Source of the DNA: Spirochaetia bacterium
GTDB taxonomy: Bacteria; Spirochaetota; Spirochaetia; CAKZLE01
NCBI GenBank assembly: GCA_963677595.1
Contig: OY782041.1
Coordinates: forward strand, 960,001 to 1,024,000
Direction of reading: 5' to 3'
Length of the DNA: 64,000 nt
Both the position numbers and the translations under genes were made by a program. Shown here piece after piece: positions 1-8,968 of the stretch (its first letter is position 1; each line of letters opens with the position of its first letter). A model generated the notes under the pieces. That model had not been told where the DNA came from, ran no database searches, and worked only from the letters and a program-made list of their open reading frames with translations.

Positions 1-297
1 CGAAGGCGCCTCCGCCGCCAGGCGGGGGAAGACCTTATGGTCATGGTTCCCGGCTACCGTGACGATTGCGATCCCCTGCTCCTCCAGTTTCCTGACCTGC
101 TTCAGCAGCGGCCCGTAGGCCTCGAACCAGGCATCATCCTGGTCGATCACGTCGCCGGCAATGGCGAGCACATCGACTCGCTCACGGATGGCAGTCTCCA
201 CTACCGCATCCCATGCGGCAGAGTTCGTGAGGGTTGTTGAGCTGGGGATAGCGGGGATCCTCCCCAGGTGGATATCGGCACAAGCTAAGATTTTCAT
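1..297 (-). CDS. SbcD/Mre11-like metallophosphoesterase (DNA repair exonuclease), 5' part only; runs off the window start
   Basis: Not in the ORF track; translated by hand: MKILACADIHLG...AIAGDVID...VAGNHD (DxH, GD, GNHD motifs); AAGGAG RBS upstream of ATG at 297. Confidence 0.85.
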   Translation of the reverse strand, partial: MKILACADIHLGRIPAIPSSTTLTNSAAWDAVVETAIRERVDVLAIAGDVIDQDDAWFEAYGPLLKQVRKLEEQGIAIVTVAGNHDHKVFPRLAAEAPS

Positions 298-386
298 GGA
301 CTGGAATGCTCCTTCTTAGGGATCTTCTTACACATACTATCATGAATCATGGGTTATGTAAGGATGAGAGAAACGCCATCCAGGGT

Positions 387-2582
387 TCAATACTCCAGGG
401 AGGCCATCCCATCCTCATAATCGTGGTAGACATCGAGGAACTCGTTGATCAGGGGCTGCTGGGCATTGTACAGGCTGAATACCTGGAGGTTATCTATGCA
501 CCTGGTCATGGAGACATACAGCAGCCTCCGTGTCGAGTTCTCGGCTGTTGCCTGGTCAAGTCTCGTTGAGACCGTGACTTCCGGGATGAACAGCATCACT
601 ACCGGGAACTCCACTCCCTTTGCTGAATGGATGGTCGATATCCTGATGCCGTCATCCTTCCTGAAATCGAAATCCCTGGCCTTGATCTCCTTGTATGCAA
701 GACCTGCCTTCTCCAAGGCCCCCTTGGTCCTGGCAAGCAGGTCCTTCGAGGGGACGAGGACCGCGAGGTTCTCAGGCTCGTATCCCAAGGTCTCCAGAAA
801 GAACTGAATCCGTTTCATCAAGACCGGGAACAGAGCCGTTACGGAGTCTTCCAGCCAGAGTTCCGGGGAGGGACCATCGCGGAAGGTATCCGCAGATGCA
901 TCCTGGGCTGCTGCCGGGATCTCTCCAGGCAATAGCCTGAACCGGTACATCTCAGCAAGATGATGGATCTGACGCGTATTCCGGTAATTCAGAAGGAGTG
1001 TAGAGGCATGCCCTATGATGTTCACCCCGAGCTTCTGGAAGGAGAACCCAGCCTGGTATATTGCCTGGGTCTCATCCCCGGCCATGACCAGCCCCTCTTC
1101 TGAAAGCATGGAAAGCAGCTGGATACCTACAGGGGACAGGTCCTGGACCTCATCAAGGTAGATCCGCTTCACGGAGAGCTCTGATGCAAGGCTGGGGTCC
1201 TGCTGCAGGGCTTGCAGCAGGACCAGCCTGCTGTAGCCTTTTGAGAATCCCTTCTTCTCATCCATCTCTTCCCTGAGCTTCAGTGCAAGTTCCCAGACCG
1301 CTTCCTTCTGGTTCCTCGAAAGAGCCTTCTTCATCCCTGCCCGAACTCCCGGCACCAGGATATAATCATCATGTGAGGTATCCCGCCCAAAGATCGCGGT
1401 CTCGAGTTCCGCGTTCAACTCTTTCCCTGTCAGGAACGGCAGGGTATCATCCGTGATGCGGTTATCGAGGAAATGGTAATCTATGGAATAGCCAGGATCG
1501 ATCCTCTTCAGTCGTTCCAGGAAGAAGTCATCCACTGTCTTGACCTGGAATTCTGGCTCCCCATCTGCGAACAGTGCAGCCAGGTAGCTGTTGAAATGGA
1601 CGAGTGCATTCGTGTAGGTCAGGAGATACCGTTCGGCTCCGGCACTGAAGTCAAACTGCTCCTTGGCGGCCTTCTGATGGGAGAGCAATGCATGGAGCAG
1701 CACCAGGGTCTTGCCGGTACCGGCACTTCCCTTCACCAGGTAATCGCCGAAATCCCTGATCCTGCTGCTGATCCGCAGCTGTTCAGGGGTCAGCCGCATC
1801 AGGGCCCGCTCGTAATCATACCTGGACCTGGTGTAGAAGGTGAACCGTTCCATGTAGGTCAGGTAGTCTTCCTTGAACCGGAGTTCTTCAAGCTCCCTGT
1901 CAAGCTGCTGCTTCTTCTCCCTGACATCGAAGAGGTCCTTCCTGAGTTTGTCTTGTTTATCATGCTGCTTCTGGAGTTTCAGCTCCATGGTATGTAATGT
2001 GTCAGACCTCTCTTTCAGCTCTGCTCTCAGACGTTCCAGTTCGTCACGGCTCACGGTCTGCTCAGCCAGGGCACGTTTCAGTTCCTGGTTCTCCTCCAAG
2101 GCCTGCTGCATCTGCTGTCGGAGATGATACAGTCTCTGGTGATCTTCCACAGGATTGAACTTGTCATCCCATGCAGCACGGAATCCCCGAAAGGTATCAA
2201 GTTTCGGGTCAGACCAGTCCACGAACATGCAGAAGTTGATGAACTCGCTGGTCATGGAGATCGCCTCATGCTTGGTAAGCTCCTTGAACTGGTGGCGTAC
2301 CCCGTTGGTGAGATGGTGCCCGCCGGAAAGCTGAAACAGCAGTCTGGAATAGGAGTGCTGTTCAGGAGTTATCTGCTCAAAGAACAGTCGCAGCTTGTCA
2401 CTGAACTTCTCGGTAAGAAAGGCAATCTGCGGGTCCTTCATGCAGATGTAGCACTCTATCCAGGAGAAGAGGGAGAGGACATAGAACCCCTCATCAACCC
2501 CGTAGAGGTTGATGATGCGGTCAAGGTTCATTGACAGTTCGGTTCTCTGTTCTTCCATACGCTGCTTCTCCTCACACACCAA
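387..2582 (-). CDS. UvrD/Rep-like SF1 helicase with N-terminal helical domain and long coiled coil
   Basis: GSAGTGKT, DEVQD, GDETQAIY, NYRN, STIHSAKGVEF, LYVSMTR motifs. Confidence 0.88.
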   Translation of the reverse strand: MVCEEKQRMEEQRTELSMNLDRIINLYGVDEGFYVLSLFSWIECYICMKDPQIAFLTEKFSDKLRLFFEQITPEQHSYSRLLFQLSGGHHLTNGVRHQFKELTKHEAISMTSEFINFCMFVDWSDPKLDTFRGFRAAWDDKFNPVEDHQRLYHLRQQMQQALEENQELKRALAEQTVSRDELERLRAELKERSDTLHTMELKLQKQHDKQDKLRKDLFDVREKKQQLDRELEELRFKEDYLTYMERFTFYTRSRYDYERALMRLTPEQLRISSRIRDFGDYLVKGSAGTGKTLVLLHALLSHQKAAKEQFDFSAGAERYLLTYTNALVHFNSYLAALFADGEPEFQVKTVDDFFLERLKRIDPGYSIDYHFLDNRITDDTLPFLTGKELNAELETAIFGRDTSHDDYILVPGVRAGMKKALSRNQKEAVWELALKLREEMDEKKGFSKGYSRLVLLQALQQDPSLASELSVKRIYLDEVQDLSPVGIQLLSMLSEEGLVMAGDETQAIYQAGFSFQKLGVNIIGHASTLLLNYRNTRQIHHLAEMYRFRLLPGEIPAAAQDASADTFRDGPSPELWLEDSVTALFPVLMKRIQFFLETLGYEPENLAVLVPSKDLLARTKGALEKAGLAYKEIKARDFDFRKDDGIRISTIHSAKGVEFPVVMLFIPEVTVSTRLDQATAENSTRRLLYVSMTRCIDNLQVFSLYNAQQPLINEFLDVYHDYEDGMASLEY

Positions 2583-2668
2583 GATCTATCATTATCCATT
2601 ACTCAGTATCATCATAGCATAAATAGACAGGCAGCGTCAGCGATTATGAAGGAATGTCGTATTGGCGA

Positions 2669-2698
2669 TTTACTTTTAGCATGTGAGCATGCTATGAT
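2669..2698 (+). promoter_or_regulatory. Putative sigma70 promoter (TTTACT-18-TATGAT, extended TGn) with operator-like palindrome TAGCATG-N4-CATGCTA
   Basis: Read directly at 2669-2698; palindrome at 2677-2694. Confidence 0.45.
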
Positions 2699-2913
2699 TC
2701 CTCTATCAATGAGTAAATAGTCCGTATACGCAACTCGGGATCTGCATGTGCATGAGGGTAACGGGATGACTGTGTTCACAGGCCATCCATGAACATCCTC
2801 ATCCTTACTGACCTCGCTGCTTTCATGGCATGGTCGGCTTTCTACCGGCTGTGATCGTCTCAACCCGTAAGTCTCTTGAGGGGTCTTCCTTCAAGAGGGA
2901 AGGAGCTGCTTAC

Positions 2914-4242
2914 ATGCGAAGAACGATATGTATACTGGTGCTGGCGGCAATGGTCATGACGCTCATGACCGGCTGTGATGCTTTTGGCCTATTCGGAGGA
3001 TCCGGGACCGGTTCCTTCAAGATCGACGGGGTACTCAAGGCAGGCACTGACCGCGAGGTTACCGATACCCAGCTGGAATTATGGGTGATGCCGCTGTATA
3101 CGGGAAGCGATGAACCTATCGCCCATTCCAGTGTCTATGAGTTGAGGAAATATCAGGCGGCAGAAGACGGCAGCTATGCTATACCGATGGAGGAGATCCC
3201 CAATACGGCATTCGTCATCTTCATCGTTGAGACCAACGAGACTGCCGTCTATGACGTACTCGGATTCCTCAGCTTGAGTGTCGATGAGGCTGAAGCACTC
3301 TCGACCTTCCCGAATCCTGAAGAGATCATCGATACCGTCGAGTTCGGTATAGTGGAGCTTATGGGCGATAGTAGCTATTCCAGTTTCTCCGACAACACGC
3401 TCACTGACAACAGGAGTGCATTCACCTCTGCAACCTTCGATGAACTCCATGAGAACGTGGTCCTTCACAATACCGGGCAGATGGCACTGAACATCCTGCT
3501 GAACACCAACCCAGATCCGGAAGTGAACGACTATTACGCGATCGACCTGAGAATGTCCTATCGCACCCAACTTGGAAGTTCCGTCCAAAACTCAGCGCAG
3601 GTCGACTGGGCTTCCGACGTGAAACTGAGGATATACTCCAGTGATTCCACTTCAAAGGCTTCGTTATTCACCCCGGACGGGACCAACCTTAAGGGGGCTG
3701 GCGTGTTTGTAGACCCGTACGGGGAACAGAGTGCCGTCCAATACGAATTCCCCATCTCGTTCGAGAACTTCAAGACCCATGCCCAGCCTGGACAGTTCTG
3801 GGAACTGCGGGATGACAGCGGCACGGTCCTGGCAAGCTTCGACATGTCCGTTGCCATGCTGCTCGATGACCAGGATTACCCGATCATCCCGATCACCGAA
3901 CCCACCTATACCTTGGATGAGGGAGGTACTGTCATCGATACGGTGGACTTCAACTGGTTCTACTTCGAATCGGACGGTACCACGAAACACGAACTGACTG
4001 ATCCTGTTGTACTGGAAGAGATCATCGGGAAAACGGAGTTCTATCTCCAGACTGACACGACTGACCCAGTAGTCACCTATATGTATCGGGACCCGGGAGA
4101 AGGAGGTATGGGAGGCATGGAGGGAGATGTGGCGACCGCCTACTCCTTCAGCCCGGTCCTGACCGAAGCAGCATTCCAGAACGTGTCATTCGGGTACCGC
4201 TTCACCCTGTTCAGGTGCTCCACATCGTGGTGGGAAAACTGA
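2914..4242 (+). CDS. Putative lipoprotein of unknown function (acidic)
   Basis: GAAGGAG RBS before ATG 2914; signal peptide MRRTICILVLAAMVMTLMTG-C with lipobox-like Cys. Confidence 0.75.
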   Translation: MRRTICILVLAAMVMTLMTGCDAFGLFGGSGTGSFKIDGVLKAGTDREVTDTQLELWVMPLYTGSDEPIAHSSVYELRKYQAAEDGSYAIPMEEIPNTAFVIFIVETNETAVYDVLGFLSLSVDEAEALSTFPNPEEIIDTVEFGIVELMGDSSYSSFSDNTLTDNRSAFTSATFDELHENVVLHNTGQMALNILLNTNPDPEVNDYYAIDLRMSYRTQLGSSVQNSAQVDWASDVKLRIYSSDSTSKASLFTPDGTNLKGAGVFVDPYGEQSAVQYEFPISFENFKTHAQPGQFWELRDDSGTVLASFDMSVAMLLDDQDYPIIPITEPTYTLDEGGTVIDTVDFNWFYFESDGTTKHELTDPVVLEEIIGKTEFYLQTDTTDPVVTYMYRDPGEGGMGGMEGDVATAYSFSPVLTEAAFQNVSFGYRFTLFRCSTSWWEN

Positions 4243-4267
4243 GATTCAAGCTGAATGTGCATCACTG

Positions 4268-4292
4268 ATCCCCCGTAATGACAGCGGGGGAT
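4268..4292. terminator. Hairpin between convergent genes
   Basis: ATCCCCCG-N9-CGGGGGAT. Confidence 0.55.
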
Positions 4293-4314
4293 TCCTATTT
4301 CTAGGCTCTGAGTA

Positions 4315-6945
4315 TTACTGAGAATCCGCCACATACGACCCAGCTTCAGGCTGATGCCTGTAGGCAGCCTTGAAGGAGAATTCCTGCAATCCACCCAACT
4401 CCTGGTAATAGGCTTCAAGGTCCGCTGCCAGTTTGGTCTCAAGCCGTTCAAGATCGTTATGAGCGAGCAGTTCATCCCAGAGGGTTCGTGAGAATGAGAG
4501 TATATTCAGGTCCTTCAGGTCTGCATGCTTCTGTTTGTCCGTGCGATCAGGTTTGGCATGGAACATGAAACGTTTGCGCTCGAACTTCTCGAAGGGGTTG
4601 GCAAGGATGCTCTTGCTCACTTTGGGCGCGGTATTCAGGTATACCTCCGTGTAGGGACAGCCCTTACGATCAACAGGCAGGTCATGGGCTAGCCTGTCCT
4701 GGTAGAACCGTGAATAGAGGTTGAGGAGCTCATCCAGGTTGCAGATCCCGTTCTCCTGATCCGCCAGGGCCAGGAATGAGAGCAGGAAGACCATCTTGTA
4801 GGAATAGGTGTAATCACCTTTCTCAATGAAGTCCCAGAAGTCCTGGTAGATCGTACTCTGGTCATGTTTTGCCAGGCCTCTCTCCTCCCGTATTCCCTCG
4901 ACCCTGTCAGGCTTGAAATAAGACAGGGTACTCCTCCCGAAGGGGATGGAAACATCAGCCGTCAGTTGGCCCTTTCGCATCCAGCTCTTGATGCTGCCGG
5001 TAGAGACGAACAGTTCCCGGGCCAGCTGCTCAGGGCTGAGGTAAGCCCCGTACTTCTCCTCGAAGGTGAAGATATCGATCTCCTCGATCTTCCTGATAGC
5101 TTCAGTCAACCCAGACAGGAACAGCTCCTCCCTAGTTTGATCATCATGGTTGAAGATATCAGCCCAGGGCTTATAGAGCTTGGTTCCGGTCAGGGCATGG
5201 ATGGACCAGGGGTTGGTGAAAGCCCCGTAGTTATCCACCACATCGATGATGTAGAGAGCCTCTTTCCCATCACACTTCCGGGTTCCCCGGCCGATCTGCT
5301 GGGTATAGAGTACCTTACTCATGGTCGGTCGTGCCATCACGATCACGGAGGTCTGGGGACTGTCCCACCCCTCGCTGATCAGGGAGCAGGAGGTCAGGAA
5401 CTGCAGTTCCTTCTTCTCATACTGCTCAAGGTATTGTGCAGACTTCTTGATCGTTCCCGCTACAGCTTCAGCTCTGATCCCGAAATTCCTCAGGCATGCT
5501 GCCATACGTTTCGCATGGCGGACATTCACACAGAATACCACACCCTGCTTACGCATCCCCTCCTTAGTGAAGTACTTCTGGATCACCTTGGCGATCAGTT
5601 CATCCCGCGAGTCTATGACGATGGATTTCTCCAGGTCTGTTGAGACATAGTCCTTCCCCATGAACCGTATCTCTGACAGGTCAAGGTTGCTCTTCACCCG
5701 ATAGGCATGGATTGGGGCCAGGATCCCTTGCAGGATAGCCTCTTTCAAGGTCATATCAGTCTCATACTGGCCGAAGACATCCTCCAACTTCCTTGCATCC
5801 AATCGCTTGTCCGTAGCAGTCATCCCGATCAGGAATTCGGGATTGAAATGTTGGATGGTCCTCTGTAGGGTTGGCGCCACAGCATGATGGGCCTCATCGA
5901 CCGCTATATAATCATAGTAGTCACCGGGATAGTTGAAATAGTGGAGTCCCATCCATGAGTAGGTATGGATATCAATGGAAGCAAGTTGAACCCCTGCACG
6001 GATAATGGCATCCCGGACCTGTTTCTCAAGATGCTTCGTCGGTATGAGGATGAGGACTTTTGCCTCCTCATTGGTCTGGGACAGCGCCTTCAACTCCTCG
6101 ATGAGGATCTGAGTCTTCCCCGTGCCTGTCGGGAACACGACCAAGGCACTCCTGAGACCTGCAGCCCTATCCTGCTGCAGGCGTTCGAGACACTGCTCCT
6201 GGTGGTCATATAACTTGAACTCCCTGTCAGCCTTGACATGGTTGATCGTCAGGAGATTCGTGCCGTCCCCAAAATAGCTCCTGATATCATCGATGAAGTT
6301 ATCTTTGTCGACCATACTTCCGATAGACCAACGATAGAGCTTGTTCCCATTCGTCACGAAAGAGTTCTGTTTTCGCAGCTGATCTTTATACCGTTCCTTC
6401 CCGATAACAGCTGGATGATGGTATTGCTCACCATTCTGCTCAACCGCAATATAGTGATGGGGTTCCTCCATCTCTATCAGGTAGTCATAGAACTTCTCAT
6501 TGCCGTGGATATCGAAGAATGAAGCTTCCTTGCAGATCTTATCGGAGGATCCCCTCCCATACAGGTCGATGAACGCATCCTCGAACTTGCATTCAGTCGG
6601 GGAAGAATCAGGGAATGCAAGAGCCCTGTCATAGGGACTGGACCTGAACTCAGCCACATCACTGGAATCAAGAGTAAAATCGACCAGGGACTGCAGGTCT
6701 CGTTCCGCCTCTTCAAGATCGGACTCATCCTCGATCACGAAACGGTAAAGGGAATCGAACCGATGCATCAGTTCGTTCTGGTGTCTCGTGTAGTCTGAGT
6801 AGTACAGTCTCCGGTCCCGGCAGATATCACGGTCGATGATGATGAGCCTGCTTCCCTGAATATCCTGAAAGCAATGGGAGGTGCGGAACGTACTGGTCTC
6901 AGTAAAGTCCCATCTCTTCAGCCATTCTCGTATTCTCTCAATCAT
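4315..6945 (-). CDS. SF2 DEAD/DEAH helicase (ResIII-like) with N-terminal Vsr/DUF559-like nuclease, internal HTH and C-terminal SYK-motif domain
   Basis: PTGTGKT, DEAHH, TAT, QQIGRG; D..I..IAVEQNGEQYH..KQNS nuclease-like motif; LSPEQLARELFVSTGSIKSW HTH; YSYKMVFLLS. Confidence 0.85.
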   Translation of the reverse strand: MIERIREWLKRWDFTETSTFRTSHCFQDIQGSRLIIIDRDICRDRRLYYSDYTRHQNELMHRFDSLYRFVIEDESDLEEAERDLQSLVDFTLDSSDVAEFRSSPYDRALAFPDSSPTECKFEDAFIDLYGRGSSDKICKEASFFDIHGNEKFYDYLIEMEEPHHYIAVEQNGEQYHHPAVIGKERYKDQLRKQNSFVTNGNKLYRWSIGSMVDKDNFIDDIRSYFGDGTNLLTINHVKADREFKLYDHQEQCLERLQQDRAAGLRSALVVFPTGTGKTQILIEELKALSQTNEEAKVLILIPTKHLEKQVRDAIIRAGVQLASIDIHTYSWMGLHYFNYPGDYYDYIAVDEAHHAVAPTLQRTIQHFNPEFLIGMTATDKRLDARKLEDVFGQYETDMTLKEAILQGILAPIHAYRVKSNLDLSEIRFMGKDYVSTDLEKSIVIDSRDELIAKVIQKYFTKEGMRKQGVVFCVNVRHAKRMAACLRNFGIRAEAVAGTIKKSAQYLEQYEKKELQFLTSCSLISEGWDSPQTSVIVMARPTMSKVLYTQQIGRGTRKCDGKEALYIIDVVDNYGAFTNPWSIHALTGTKLYKPWADIFNHDDQTREELFLSGLTEAIRKIEEIDIFTFEEKYGAYLSPEQLARELFVSTGSIKSWMRKGQLTADVSIPFGRSTLSYFKPDRVEGIREERGLAKHDQSTIYQDFWDFIEKGDYTYSYKMVFLLSFLALADQENGICNLDELLNLYSRFYQDRLAHDLPVDRKGCPYTEVYLNTAPKVSKSILANPFEKFERKRFMFHAKPDRTDKQKHADLKDLNILSFSRTLWDELLAHNDLERLETKLAADLEAYYQELGGLQEFSFKAAYRHQPEAGSYVADSQ

Positions 6946-6950
6946 CTCAT

Positions 6951-6992
6951 CTCTGCCGTCTCAAGGAACAGTCTCCTGGAGAATCCTCCCCT
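6951..6992 (-). repeat. 42-bp direct repeat: displaced copy of the 3' end of the MazG-like gene (other copy 8581-8622)
   Basis: 38/42 identity to 8581-8622; reads RGGFSRRLFLETAEMR* with the TGA overlapping the helicase ATG. Confidence 0.9.
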
Positions 6993-7818
6993 ATTCGCTC
7001 TCGGTGAAGAATGCGTTCTTGAAGAGGTCCATAAGCTGGTGTCTGTCATCGACTCCGGCCTTATCGAAGATGTTCTTGATGTGGGTCTTCACCGTCTGTT
7101 CCTTGATCCCCAACAGGTCGGCGATCTCCAGGTTCGAGCCTCGCGTCTCGCAGAGGGTCTGCAGTACATCCATCTCCCTCGGGGTGAATCCCATCTGGTC
7201 CGGATCGAGAGTCTCTCCCATCAGCTTGTCAAGTTTGTCCTTGACCTCCAGGAGACGGGTATGGTACTTCTTCGTGAGGCCGAGGTATCGGCTGAGCTCA
7301 TCGTAGAACATGATCAAAGCTATCCCAAAGAAGAACACCCCGAAGAGGATGACATACAACCCTCTCATGACCATGTTGTCAGAGAAGGCAGAGTACTCTA
7401 TGACCGCTGCCATGTAGATGATGAAGATGATCAGGCCTCTGGTGGCAAAAAACCTGTACTTGATCCCCATGAGCCCTGAGAGCATGATCAGGGCGAGCAG
7501 ATACTGGTTCTGGTGGTCATCAAGAGCCGAGAAGGTGGTGATCAAGATGAGAACCAGGAGCTGAAAGCCTTTGTTTATGGTATCCAGTCTGATAATGATA
7601 TTCTTTTTCGCTGTACCGAACCGGAGGCTCTCCCGGGGAATGAGGGAGAGGGTGATCATGATAAGACCGAAGGCGAGGATGAAGTAGTTCCACCAGGAGA
7701 ACCCTCCTCCCTGCTGCATGTCAACTTTGGCAGAGGTTGAGATGTAGTTCATAACGACCACTAATAACCCGATTGTTCCGAACAGCGTACCGATTATATT
7801 GTGTACTTTCCGCTTCAT
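6991..7818 (-). CDS. Membrane-embedded LuxR-family regulator (about 6 TM helices + C-terminal LuxR HTH)
   Basis: Hydrophobic N-terminal 170 aa; FTPREMDVL..SNLEIADLLGIKEQTVKTHIKNIFDK. Confidence 0.85.
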   Translation of the reverse strand: MKRKVHNIIGTLFGTIGLLVVVMNYISTSAKVDMQQGGGFSWWNYFILAFGLIMITLSLIPRESLRFGTAKKNIIIRLDTINKGFQLLVLILITTFSALDDHQNQYLLALIMLSGLMGIKYRFFATRGLIIFIIYMAAVIEYSAFSDNMVMRGLYVILFGVFFFGIALIMFYDELSRYLGLTKKYHTRLLEVKDKLDKLMGETLDPDQMGFTPREMDVLQTLCETRGSNLEIADLLGIKEQTVKTHIKNIFDKAGVDDRHQLMDLFKNAFFTESE

Positions 7819-7823
7819 GCGTC

Positions 7824-8351
7824 TTAATCCTCCCAGAATGATTGAATATAGGTATCAGGATCTAGAATCGGTCGAAATAGATCCTGGTAGGGTGCGAACG
7901 CTTCCTCGAGCTCCCCAGCAAGGGTCTCATAGTCCCACTTCCCGCTCACAAGAGGGTTATACTTTCCCTGTTGCATATCTTCCTGTCTGTCACGATGGTA
8001 GTCTTCGAGCATATTCCGCGCGATGAGAACCACTCCGGCATTCGCGATGGCCTCATTGCCGGAACTGATCGTCGAGATCAGCTTAAGCCTGTGCATGATG
8101 TGGACATCATCGGTCTCACCGTGAAGGTAGTATTCTTTCGTTCCGGGGAGTATCGACAACAGATAGGTCATCATGTGAGTCAGTGCATCCCGCCTCGGAG
8201 CAGCTGAAGCTGCAAGATAAGGTATTGCCGTAATGAGAAGGAGGGTCTGGTTACCCAACAGGCTCTCTTTCCTGCCATCGGGCAGGTGTATGATGCCAGA
8301 CAGGTCATCAAGGATGGACTGCATCTCATCGAAGATCTCTGATCTGTTCAT
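7824..8351 (-). CDS. Hypothetical protein with isoprenoid-synthase-like Asp-rich motif and C-terminal Trp tail
   Basis: ATG 8351 with GGGGGGAAG RBS; LEDYHRDRQEDMQQGKYNP; ends DPDTYIQSFWED; 5 nt from the luxR start. Confidence 0.7.
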   Translation of the reverse strand: MNRSEIFDEMQSILDDLSGIIHLPDGRKESLLGNQTLLLITAIPYLAASAAPRRDALTHMMTYLLSILPGTKEYYLHGETDDVHIMHRLKLISTISSGNEAIANAGVVLIARNMLEDYHRDRQEDMQQGKYNPLVSGKWDYETLAGELEEAFAPYQDLFRPILDPDTYIQSFWED

Positions 8352-8525
8352 CTTCCCCCCCAGCTCTTCACCGCTCAAGACTCTTTAAGCTGTATGGAGT
8401 TCAGGCAGGAACACGACATACTCTCAGTAACAAAGAATCATTCGATGTATATATCGGTTATATAGCATGCCAGGAGTAAAATCAAGAGAATACGGATATT
8501 GATGCAGGCAAGCGGGGGGAGGTAT

Positions 8526-8551
8526 GGAACATACTGGACTCAGTATGTTCC
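8526..8551 (-). terminator. Stem-loop downstream of the MazG-like gene
   Basis: GGAACATACTG-GACT-CAGTATGTTCC, 11-bp perfect stem. Confidence 0.55.
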
Positions 8552-8556
8552 CCCGA

Positions 8557-8889
8557 TCACGGATCCTGCTGATCATGCTCCTCTACCGTTTCAAGGAACA
8601 GTCTCTTGGAGAACCCTCCCCTCTTTTCCTGCTTACTGATCCTGATTTCCTCAAGTTCCTGGGCATCCGCACCATGCGTCTCCGCCAATGCTAACACCAC
8701 TTCCATGATATCAGCCAGCTCCTCCAGGGAGGGATCATCAAGGTATTCAGCAACCTCTTCCTTCAGCTTCTCAGAAAGAAACCTCACAAATTCCTGTTCA
8801 TCCAGTACCCTGGTTGTGCAGGAATTGCCGCTTGTTTCAATGATCTGTGGGATCCTGTCCCGAATGAGTTTGTTATAGGTCTTTTTCAT
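8557..8889 (-). CDS. MazG-like nucleoside triphosphate pyrophosphohydrolase (PRA-PH-like)
   Basis: YNKLIRDRIP, KLKEEVAEY..EELADIMEV, KRGGF motifs. Confidence 0.88.
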   Translation of the reverse strand: MKKTYNKLIRDRIPQIIETSGNSCTTRVLDEQEFVRFLSEKLKEEVAEYLDDPSLEELADIMEVVLALAETHGADAQELEEIRISKQEKRGGFSKRLFLETVEEHDQQDP

Positions 8890-8968
8890 CGTTCACTCTT
8901 CATACCCATAATCCATGGCTTATAGATACGAGTATACACGATACGGGCGGTTCCGATAAGGAATTTCT

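Noticed and set aside
2825-2870. Purine-riboswitch-like words (ATGG..TTTCTACC..CCGTAA)
   Set aside because: About 19 nt separate TTTCTACC and CCGTAA, far longer than in the purine aptamer; P2/P3 stems and the GACTA close are missing
8375-8420. Small upstream ORF MSCSCLNSIQLKES on the minus strand as a pheromone or leader peptide
   Set aside because: 14 codons, weak RBS and no recognisable motif; expected by chance
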